The notes under the pieces: generated by a model
Database searches by the model: none
Told to the model about the DNA's origin: nothing
What the model saw: only the letters and a program-made list of their open reading frames with translations
Position numbers and translations under genes: made by a program
DNA from: Actinomycetota bacterium
GTDB lineage: Bacteria > Actinomycetota > UBA4738 > HRBIN12
Length of the DNA: 50,841 nt
NCBI GenBank assembly: GCA_044869895.1
Contig: JBIOXZ010000201.1
Location: 1 to 50,841 of the forward strand
Direction: 5' to 3'
Part shown: positions 28,531 to 36,651 of the stretch, piece after piece
Position numbering within the stretch: position 1 is the first letter of the stretch
How the letters are laid out: each line of letters begins with the position of its first letter

Positions 28531-29651
28531 TGCCGCACCTCGTGCTCCGGTGCGCCGGCCTCGCAAAGCGCTTCGGCGACGTCGTCGCCGTCCGCGGGTT
28601 CGATCTCGAGGTGGATGACGGCGAGCTGCTATGCCTGCTCGGGCCGAGCGGCTGTGGCAAGACCACCGCGCTCCGTCTCATCGCAGGCCTCGAGCGCCCC
28701 GACGCCGGGACGGTGGAGGTGGCCGGGCGCGCGGTAGCGGGTCCACAAACCTGGGTACCGTCGGATCGGCGCCGGGTCGGCATGGTCTTCCAGGATTGGG
28801 CGCTGTTCCCTCACCTTGACGTCCGGGGCAACGTGGCCTTCGGGCTCGATGGGGAGACGCAAGGTCGCGTAGGGGAACTGCTGGAGCTGGTGCGCCTCAC
28901 CGGGCTTGAGGACAGGATGCCCAACGAGCTCTCCGGTGGGCAGCAGCAGCGCGTGGCCCTCGCTCGCGCGCTCGCACCCTCGCCCGACGTGTTGCTGCTG
29001 GACGAGCCCTTCTCCAATCTCGACGCGCAGCTTCGCGCCGAAGTCCGCTCGGAGGTCCGGCAGGTTCTCCGCTCGACCGGCACGACCGCGGTGTTCGTGA
29101 CCCACGACCAGGAGGAGGCGTTGTCGATCGCGGACCGGGTGGCGGTGATGATTGCCGGACGGATCCTGCGCTCGGGACCACCGTACGACGTGTATGCGGA
29201 TCCCGCCGACGCAGTAGTGGCCCGGTTGCTGGGCCAGACGAACCTTCTCCCAGCTCTGATCACCCGCGGGGTCGCGATGACGGCGCTCGGTGAGTTTCAC
29301 GTGCCCGACGCCCCGGACGGCGCCGCCGAGGTCCTCGTGCCGCCGGAGTCTCTGCGTGCCTTGCCCGACCCGGCGGGGCAAGCCCGCATCGTGAACGTCG
29401 AGTTCTATGGGCACGATCAGCTCCTTCGATGCGCCCTCGGCGAGGAGGCGGAACTCGATGTGCGCCTCATGGGTCCCCATCCAGAGCTCAAAGTCGGTAC
29501 GGCGGTGCGGCTGGAGGCGATCGGGGCGGCGCGCGTCCTGCGACAGGAACGTGAACTCTCCCCGAGCTTCATGCGGCAGCGTCCGAGCCATGATGCGGTG
29601 TTCGTCACCTCGGCGCCGGGATACGACGATCGGTCTCCGCCGATACCTTGA
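28530..29651 (+). CDS. Fe(III) ABC transporter ATP-binding protein (FbpC-like)
   Basis: GPSGCGKTT, LSGGQQQRVALARAL, LLLDEPF, THDQEEA; TGATG overlap. Confidence 0.9.
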   Translation: MPHLVLRCAGLAKRFGDVVAVRGFDLEVDDGELLCLLGPSGCGKTTALRLIAGLERPDAGTVEVAGRAVAGPQTWVPSDRRRVGMVFQDWALFPHLDVRGNVAFGLDGETQGRVGELLELVRLTGLEDRMPNELSGGQQQRVALARALAPSPDVLLLDEPFSNLDAQLRAEVRSEVRQVLRSTGTTAVFVTHDQEEALSIADRVAVMIAGRILRSGPPYDVYADPADAVVARLLGQTNLLPALITRGVAMTALGEFHVPDAPDGAAEVLVPPESLRALPDPAGQARIVNVEFYGHDQLLRCALGEEAELDVRLMGPHPELKVGTAVRLEAIGAARVLRQERELSPSFMRQRPSHDAVFVTSAPGYDDRSPPIP

Positions 29652-29819
29652 CACGTGTTACGCGGACGCTCGACGAGTTCGGCTTCGCAGCGAGACCGGT
29701 CCTACGACCTGGCAGGAGCCGTTCGAGGAGGGCGCATGCAGTCAGGGCCGAGGCGGGGAGATGCGGAACGGTCTGAGCCACGTATCAGCCAACGGCATCG
29801 ATCAGGGCAAGAGGTGACC

Positions 29820-31547
29820 TCAGGTTCCCGCCTCGAGATTCTCCACGACGCAGGGTAGGGACGGAATGGTCTCGGATGGGAAGACCGCCTCGAAGACCGG
29901 TGCCCGGATGTCCGTGATATTCGAGACGCCGGGGCTCTCCAGATCTCCCTGCGTCAGCGTCATGACGAACTCGGCCACGTCTGACAGCGTGGCGCCCCCC
30001 TGCGCGAGCTCTCCCTCATTGATGAAGATCTCCGTCTGCTTCACCTGCTCCACCACCGGGTCTCCGTCGCCTCCGAAGGTCTCATTGATCGCCTGTTGGA
30101 GTCTGCTCGCGGAGATCTGGAAGGCACCGCTCACCCGCGGGTTGGGGGTGGACCCGTGGTCGGCGGTCACCACCATCGCCCACCGCCCCTCGCCCACCTC
30201 GCGATCCAGGATGTCGATCACCACCGGCAGGTACTCGTCCTGCGTTCTGAGCGTGTCCCGCATCTCGCCGCTATTCATCGAGAAGATGTGCCCGACCTGA
30301 TCGATCACCTTGTAGTTCAGGTACATGAGGTCAGGGACGTCGTGTTTGCCGAATCCCTCTCGGCCGATGATCTCCTCCACGAGGCGGGTTTGGTAGGGGA
30401 TCCGGGCCGGCGTCTGGAAGCCACTCTCGATCACCACGTCATCCAGACCGTGTCCCCGCCATCTCCCGTCGGCGATGCCGTCCCGGCCCTCGAGCTCGGC
30501 GAAGTAGGTGGCAAGAGCCGGGAGATCGTTCGCGTACTCGGGAAACCGATACCACTGACGGAGCAGCTCCGACAGATTCCATGCCGGCCCCTCCGCACCG
30601 AGCGTCTCCGCGCCTGGGGCTTCCCGAAGGACGGCCAAGGGCTTCTCGTTCCCTTCCCAGCCCGCCCCGTGCCCCAGCATGCCAAGCTGGATCGCTACGG
30701 TCCCGACCATCCCGGTCAGGGTCCGGTCGTCTGCGGCCTCGGTGTACCGGTCGGCCAGCGTCGGGCGCAAGAGAAGGCCGGGTCCGCTGCTCCAGGGTGA
30801 GACGATCCTGCCGTCTACTCGGAGGTGATGGCCGACTAGACCGTGGGTCTCGGGGAACACGCCCGTGCCGATCGTGGCGTGGATCTGGGCGCTGCTGGTG
30901 GGGCTCGACCCTACTTCTGCCTCCTCGATCCAGGCGCCCTGGGGGACGAGCGAGCGGAGGTTGGGCCACTCGTCGGGCCACTCGTCGAGCACGTTGCGCC
31001 CGGCGCCGTCCCAAATCAGCGTCACGATGAGCCTCGGGGGATCCGGCCGCTCATCACTGGGAACCATGACGTCGGTGAGGGCGCGGCCGTACGGCGTGGG
31101 GAACTCGGTGTCGAGGAGCCTGGCCCAGGTGGGGGAGATGTCCGCGGAGGTCGCTCGCCGGTCGACGACGCCGAGGGGCTTGATGAAGCCGGGTCCGTAC
31201 CAGAACATCGGGACGCGAGAGGTGTAATCCCACGGGCCGACGTGCGGGAGCCCATCGCCCACGAAGTTCGGCGCTTTCGGCAGGATCTGTATCTCGCCGC
31301 TGCGCTGAGGGTGGTACCCGCGGGCGATCCGACGGATCCACCTCCGAGGCAGGGCGCAGGCCATCTCGACCATCGGGTCGTTCGCGGGTAACAGAACCGG
31401 ACCCGCTGCCCCCACTGGGGGGGCGGCCCGGCGGGTGATCGGGTCCGATCCGGTGCAGGCGGCAAGAAGCGTAGCCGCTGCCGACCCTGCGGACAGTCGC
31501 AGGAAGTCCCGTCGACTGAAGCTGCGAAGGCGTCCGGTGCGCGACAT
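29820..31547 (-). CDS. Tat-exported lipoprotein of the alkaline phosphatase/NPP superfamily, circularly permuted
   Basis: SRRDFL Tat motif, LLAAC lipobox; IWDG, SPTSSAQIHATIGTG, DQVGH, TADHG; the usual C-terminal block (RSGE, H, RVPM, ADISPT, GRAL) lies at the N-terminus. Confidence 0.82.
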   Translation of the reverse strand: MSRTGRLRSFSRRDFLRLSAGSAAATLLAACTGSDPITRRAAPPVGAAGPVLLPANDPMVEMACALPRRWIRRIARGYHPQRSGEIQILPKAPNFVGDGLPHVGPWDYTSRVPMFWYGPGFIKPLGVVDRRATSADISPTWARLLDTEFPTPYGRALTDVMVPSDERPDPPRLIVTLIWDGAGRNVLDEWPDEWPNLRSLVPQGAWIEEAEVGSSPTSSAQIHATIGTGVFPETHGLVGHHLRVDGRIVSPWSSGPGLLLRPTLADRYTEAADDRTLTGMVGTVAIQLGMLGHGAGWEGNEKPLAVLREAPGAETLGAEGPAWNLSELLRQWYRFPEYANDLPALATYFAELEGRDGIADGRWRGHGLDDVVIESGFQTPARIPYQTRLVEEIIGREGFGKHDVPDLMYLNYKVIDQVGHIFSMNSGEMRDTLRTQDEYLPVVIDILDREVGEGRWAMVVTADHGSTPNPRVSGAFQISASRLQQAINETFGGDGDPVVEQVKQTEIFINEGELAQGGATLSDVAEFVMTLTQGDLESPGVSNITDIRAPVFEAVFPSETIPSLPCVVENLEAGT

Positions 31548-31654
31548 GGTGAGGAGGCTAGCAGCGAACGACTGGTCCTCCGATAGGCTGCCCCTGGAGA
31601 AGCTCGAGTCCGTCGCGAGACACGGTTCCGGGGGTCCGGGGCTATCGTTGGTCG

Positions 31655-34600
31655 ATGGTCTGCCCCGAGTGCGCGACCCCGAACCCGGATGGAGCTCGGT
31701 TCTGCTTGAGCTGCGGAGCGCGGCTCGAGCGAGCCTCCTCGATGGGGCGGGAGACGCGACTCGAGTCCTACCTTCCGAAAGGCATGCTCGCCAAGCTCCA
31801 TGCCGCGCGGGCCGGCCGGTCGATGCAGGGCGAGCGCCGGATCGTGACCATGCTCTTCTGCGACGTGGTGGGCTCGACGGCCATGGCCGAGAACCTCGAC
31901 CCCGAGGAGTGGACCGAGATCATGAACGGGGCGTACGAGAACCTCATCGCCCCCGTCTATCGCTACGAGGGCACGTTGGCCCGGCTGATGGGCGATGCCA
32001 TCTTCGCGTTCTTCGGAGCGCCGATCGCCCACGAGGACGACCCGCAGCGCGCGGTCGCCGCCGGCCTGGAGATCGTCGAGGGGATCACCGCGTACCGCGA
32101 GATGATGAAGGCCGATCGGGATCTGCACCTGAACGTCCGCGTGGGCATCAACACGGGTCCCGTCGTCGTGGGCGAGGTCGGCTCGGACCTTCGACTCGAG
32201 TACACGGCCATGGGCGACGCGGTGAACGTCGCGGCCCGCATGGAGCAGACGGCCGAGCCCGGCACCGTGCAGATCACCGCCGCGACACAGCGCCTCGTCG
32301 CGCCGCTCTTCGACGTCGAGTCCCGAGGCGCCGTCCAGGTCAAGGGCAAGGCAGAGCTGGTCGCGTCCTTCAGGGTCATGGGAAGGAAGGAGCATCCAGG
32401 ACCGATGCGTGGGTCCGGTCCCCGAGGAGCGCGGCTCGTGGGACGCGAGCGCGAGATGGCGGTGCTCCGGCGCGCCGTCGACGAATTGCTCGACGGACGC
32501 GGACGGATCGTCTCGCTGATCGGCGAGGCCGGCGTGGGGAAGAGCCGGTTGATCGAGGAAACCCGTCGGTACTTAGAGCAGCGTCGGCCGGAGCAGCCTG
32601 GCAGCGTCCGAGACGTCCGCCGCGTGTGGGAGGTCTGGCAATGCGTGTCTTACGACACGACCCGTCCCTATGCGCAGTACCGCCGCCTGCTGGCAGGAAT
32701 CCTCGGGATCCGCGACACCGACCCGCCGGAGGTCGTCCGGAAGAAGCTCGCCCACCCCCTCGAGGACGGCCGTTCCGGGTGGGAGGAGCCACATATGCGG
32801 GTCCGGCGTTCGCTCTTCGGCGTGCCGGAGCCCGGCGAGGAACCGCTCGAGGGCGAGGCGTTCCGGAACGCGATCATGGAGTTGGTCCCGGCGTTCACTC
32901 GGCACTTCGGCTCCGATCCTCGGTTGTTGGTGTTCGAGGATCTGCACTGGTGCGACGAGGCATCGAGGGACCTGTTGATCGAGACGGCGAAGGTCGTCGA
33001 CGAGTTGCCGTTGCTGATCCTGTTCGCCTTTCGCCCCGACCGCGGGGCGCCGTCGTGGCGACTCAAGCAGTGGCTCGAGTTCGAGTACCCACACCGATCC
33101 ACCGAGATCCTCTTGCCTCCGCTGTCACCGAACGAGAGCGGTGCTCTGATCGACGAACTCCTGCCGGAAGACAGGTTCGGCGCTCTTCGTCCCCAGATCC
33201 TCGAGCGGACGGACGGCAATCCACTCTTCGTGGAGGAGGTGGCCGCCGCCGTCCTTGAGCAAGGGGCTGAACCGGGGAACGAGATCGCCATCCCGTCGAC
33301 TCTGCAGGCGCTGTTCACGGCGCGCCTCGACACGCTCGACGAGGCTACCCGACGAACCCTGCAGCTTGCGTCGGTCATCGGGCGTTCGTTCCCCGAACCC
33401 GTCCTGCGCGCGGTCGCGGCCGGTGGCGAGGACCTCGAGCAGCATCTACGAACGCTCGAGCGGGGCGGGCTCATCATCGAGACCGCGCGGATACCTGAGC
33501 GCGAATATGCCTTCCACCACAGCCTGACGCAGGAATCGACCTATGGCACGATCCTGCTCCGCACGAGGCGAGCGCTTCACCAGCAGGTGGGCGAGGTCTT
33601 CGAGGAGCTGTACACCAACCGGATCGAGGAGTTCGCGCCCCTGCTCGCTCGCCACTTCCAGGAGGCCGGCGATGACGACCGGACGCTCCGCTACGCTGCC
33701 CTCGCTGGCGATCACGCGGCCAAACTCTACGCCAATGCCGACGCGGTGACCCATTACACGAACGCGATCGACGCCGCTCGGCGGCTCGAGCGCTCGGAGG
33801 AGCAGCTCCGTCTGTTCCCCAGTCGCGGCCGGGCGTTGGAGCTCGCGGGGCGCTACGACGACGCGGTTGCCAACGACGAATCCTGGCGCGCGCTCGCAGA
33901 GGATGCGGGAGACGGGTCCGCCGTTCTGGGCGCCGATCTGGCGCTCGCTACCCTGTTCTCGACGCCCACCCCGAAGTTCGATGCCGAGCGCGGCAGAGAG
34001 CTCTCGGAACGCACGCTCGACCTCGCGCGCCAGCTGGGCGATCGCGTGGCCGAGTCCAAGGCCCTTTGGAACGTGATGATCCTCAACGTGTACGGCGGTG
34101 GGGACCTCCGTGAGGCCGTGGACGCCGGCGAGCGGTCGCTCGCCATCGCGCGTGAGCTGAACGCGCGCGAGCAGATGGCGTTCACGCTGAACGATCTGTG
34201 GCGTCCGTACGTCGCGATCGGTGGCTTGGGTGCTTCAGCCGCGAGCCTGGAGGAGGCGCGAGGGCTCTGGCGCGAGCTCGGCAACCTCCCGATGCTGAGC
34301 GAGAACCTTGCTAGCTCGGCGTCGGTCGCCCGCCTCGCCGGAAACGACCGGGACGCGCTCGCCCTCGCCGAGGAAGCCCACGGGATCGCCCGGGACATCG
34401 GCAACCTGTGGGGCCAGGCGTACAGCCTGATGAGCATCTACGACATCTACCTGGATCGCGGCGAGCTCGGGAGGGCCATGGCAACGATGAGGGAATGCAT
34501 CGCGATCGCCGAGCCCGCCGGGTTCATCCCTCCGCAGGCGACCACCCGCGCCGAACTCGCGTACGTCCACGCGTACCTCGGCGATCTCGAAGGGGCCCAC

Positions 34601-35200
34601 GAGCTCGTGCGGGTCGCCCTCGATGTGGCGAAGGAGAGGATGCAGATCGCACTCCCATGGGTGATGGGCGTGAAGTCGGAACTCCACCTTCTTGCTGGCG
34701 AGCTCGAGGAGGCCGAGTCCGCCGTCGGGGGGAGCCAGGTGGAGCTGCTCCCCGAGCCGCTCCGGTCCGCAGCCTCCATCCACGTAGCGCTCGTGCGCGG
34801 CCGCATCGCCTTGGCGAGAGGTGAGCATATCGGTGCCGCTGAGATCGCGGACACGATCCTCGACCGGCTGCGCCGGCGCGAGATCCGGCTCTTCGGGGCG
34901 GACGCCCTCTTGCTCAAGGGAAGGTCACTCGCTTCGGCAGGAAAGGCAGCCGAGGCCGAACGCGTGCTCGGCGAGGCGCGGTCGGAGGCGGAGAGGCGCG
35001 AGTACCGGCGAGTTCTGTGGGAGGTCCTTCGCCAGCTCTGCGAGATCCTGGACGTACAGGGGAACGTCGAAGCGGCGAGAGAGCTCCGGACCGAAGCTCG
35101 ACGGCTCGTTGAGGGGATAGCGGAGAGTGTCGATGACGATCAACTCCGATCGAGCTTCCTGGGTCGGTCAGATGTGAAGGTCGTGCTCTCCGGGTATTGA
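31655..35200 (+). CDS. Zinc-ribbon + class III nucleotidyl cyclase + STAND/AAA ATPase + TPR-like repeat protein
   Basis: CPEC..CLSC; LFCDVVGS, MGDA, YTAMGDAVNVAAR; Walker A GEAGVGKS; Walker B VFEDLHW; GNPLFVEE; helical C-terminus. Confidence 0.9.
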   Translation: MVCPECATPNPDGARFCLSCGARLERASSMGRETRLESYLPKGMLAKLHAARAGRSMQGERRIVTMLFCDVVGSTAMAENLDPEEWTEIMNGAYENLIAPVYRYEGTLARLMGDAIFAFFGAPIAHEDDPQRAVAAGLEIVEGITAYREMMKADRDLHLNVRVGINTGPVVVGEVGSDLRLEYTAMGDAVNVAARMEQTAEPGTVQITAATQRLVAPLFDVESRGAVQVKGKAELVASFRVMGRKEHPGPMRGSGPRGARLVGREREMAVLRRAVDELLDGRGRIVSLIGEAGVGKSRLIEETRRYLEQRRPEQPGSVRDVRRVWEVWQCVSYDTTRPYAQYRRLLAGILGIRDTDPPEVVRKKLAHPLEDGRSGWEEPHMRVRRSLFGVPEPGEEPLEGEAFRNAIMELVPAFTRHFGSDPRLLVFEDLHWCDEASRDLLIETAKVVDELPLLILFAFRPDRGAPSWRLKQWLEFEYPHRSTEILLPPLSPNESGALIDELLPEDRFGALRPQILERTDGNPLFVEEVAAAVLEQGAEPGNEIAIPSTLQALFTARLDTLDEATRRTLQLASVIGRSFPEPVLRAVAAGGEDLEQHLRTLERGGLIIETARIPEREYAFHHSLTQESTYGTILLRTRRALHQQVGEVFEELYTNRIEEFAPLLARHFQEAGDDDRTLRYAALAGDHAAKLYANADAVTHYTNAIDAARRLERSEEQLRLFPSRGRALELAGRYDDAVANDESWRALAEDAGDGSAVLGADLALATLFSTPTPKFDAERGRELSERTLDLARQLGDRVAESKALWNVMILNVYGGGDLREAVDAGERSLAIARELNAREQMAFTLNDLWRPYVAIGGLGASAASLEEARGLWRELGNLPMLSENLASSASVARLAGNDRDALALAEEAHGIARDIGNLWGQAYSLMSIYDIYLDRGELGRAMATMRECIAIAEPAGFIPPQATTRAELAYVHAYLGDLEGAHELVRVALDVAKERMQIALPWVMGVKSELHLLAGELEEAESAVGGSQVELLPEPLRSAASIHVALVRGRIALARGEHIGAAEIADTILDRLRRREIRLFGADALLLKGRSLASAGKAAEAERVLGEARSEAERREYRRVLWEVLRQLCEILDVQGNVEAARELRTEARRLVEGIAESVDDDQLRSSFLGRSDVKVVLSGY

Positions 35201-35273
35201 CTATGGAGCGGAGGCTCGCCCAAACCCGAGGCTGCACGCTCACCAGATGGAGGCTCGGCGAAAGGAGGATGCC

Positions 35274-35423
35274 ATGGCGATGGCCATCGATCCCGTCTGC
35301 GGGATGCGGGTCGATACAGACGACGCGGCGTCGACCGCCGAGTACGAGGGGAAGACCTACTTCTTCTGTTCTCAAGCCTGCAACGATGCGTTCGTGGCCG
35401 ATCCGATCTCGTTCGTCGCTTGA
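35274..35423 (+). CDS. 49-aa YHS/TRASH metal-binding protein (absent from ORF track)
   Basis: AAAGGAGG RBS; MAMAIDPVCGMRVDTDDAASTAEYEGKTYFFCSQACNDAFVADPISFVA*. Confidence 0.85.
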   Translation: MAMAIDPVCGMRVDTDDAASTAEYEGKTYFFCSQACNDAFVADPISFVA

Positions 35424-35427
35424 CCCC

Positions 35428-36651
35428 ATGTCGGGCATGGAGCGCGACCGGCTAACCGAAGGCGAACTCGCCGAGCGAGCGGGCACGAGCGTCGAACGCA
35501 TCCGACAGCTCGCGGACCTCGGGATCCTCGAGCCCGAGGACGGGAGGTTCCCCCGTCGCGACGTCATGCGAGCGCGGGTGGTCCTGGAGCTGGAAGCAAA
35601 GGGGATAGACGCGGACGGGCTCGCCAAGGCATTGGCGTCCGGACATCTGACCCTCGGGTACGTCGAAAGCGCAGTGCGGCGCTTCCCTCGCCTGGATCAG
35701 ACGTTCGCGCAGCTCAGCGAGGACATGGGGATTCCCTTCGAGACCTTGCAGAGGTTCTACGTGGCGTTCGGTCTGCCGCGCCCGCGTTCCGACGAACACG
35801 TCCGAGAGGAAGATCTCCCAGTGATCAAGGCCATTCCCGTCCTCTTTGGAGCTGGAGTTGGGGAGGGCGACGTTCTGCGTGCGGTGCGCATTTGGGGCGA
35901 CAGCGCGCGGCGCGTGGCTCAGTTCCAGACCCACTACTTCCATCACACGATCGAACAGCCCTTCCGACGCCGCGGCCTCCGCGACAACGAGGCGTTCGAA
36001 GCCGCCATCCGCGAGGTCGGAGTCCGGATGGGCCACTCGGGCGAGCAGATGCTGGGCTGGTTGTTTCGACGTCACGCCGAGACCTTCTTTACCGAGCACC
36101 AGTTCGAGCACATCGAGACGGCGCTCGAAGAGGCCGGGATACGTCAGAGGCCAGCTCCGGGTGTCGAGGCGGTCGTGTTCGCCGACCTCTCCGGCTACAC
36201 GAGGCTGACCGAGGAGGCCGGTGACGAGGTGGCAACCCAGGTCTCGCTGACACTCGCGCAGCTTGTGAGCGAGATCGCTGCGCGGCACCGCGGCGAGGTC
36301 GTCAAGATGCTGGGCGATGGGGTGCTCTTCCACTTCCGCGATCCGGGCGACGCCGTCCGAGCGTCCCTCGAGATCGTCGAGGACGTCAACCCGCATGGCC
36401 TCCCACCAGCCCACATCGGCGTGAACGCGGGACCGATGATCTACGACGAGGGCGATTACTTCGGTCGGACCGTGAACATCGCTGCCCGGATCGCGTCGCA
36501 AGCCGGGGCCGAGCAGGTATTCGTCGGCGAGGACCTGGTCCGCAGCGTTTCGCCAAAGGGTTTCCAGGTGGTCGAGGTAGGCGAGTTCGAACTGAAGGGC
36601 GTCGCCCGCCCCGTGAAGCTATTCGAAGCTGTGCCGGACCATGCCGAGTGA
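35428..36651 (+). CDS. Class III adenylate cyclase with N-terminal MerR-like HTH/regulatory region
   Basis: ELAERAGTSVERIRQLADLGIL; VFADLSGYT, VKMLGDG, DYFGRTVNIAARI; start set at ATG 35428, just after the YHS gene. Confidence 0.85.
   Translation: MSGMERDRLTEGELAERAGTSVERIRQLADLGILEPEDGRFPRRDVMRARVVLELEAKGIDADGLAKALASGHLTLGYVESAVRRFPRLDQTFAQLSEDMGIPFETLQRFYVAFGLPRPRSDEHVREEDLPVIKAIPVLFGAGVGEGDVLRAVRIWGDSARRVAQFQTHYFHHTIEQPFRRRGLRDNEAFEAAIREVGVRMGHSGEQMLGWLFRRHAETFFTEHQFEHIETALEEAGIRQRPAPGVEAVVFADLSGYTRLTEEAGDEVATQVSLTLAQLVSEIAARHRGEVVKMLGDGVLFHFRDPGDAVRASLEIVEDVNPHGLPPAHIGVNAGPMIYDEGDYFGRTVNIAARIASQAGAEQVFVGEDLVRSVSPKGFQVVEVGEFELKGVARPVKLFEAVPDHAE

Noticed and set aside
29645-29665. Palindrome acacgtgt as a CRP-like site
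   Set aside because: Does not fit TGTGA-N6-TCACA and lies between convergent gene ends
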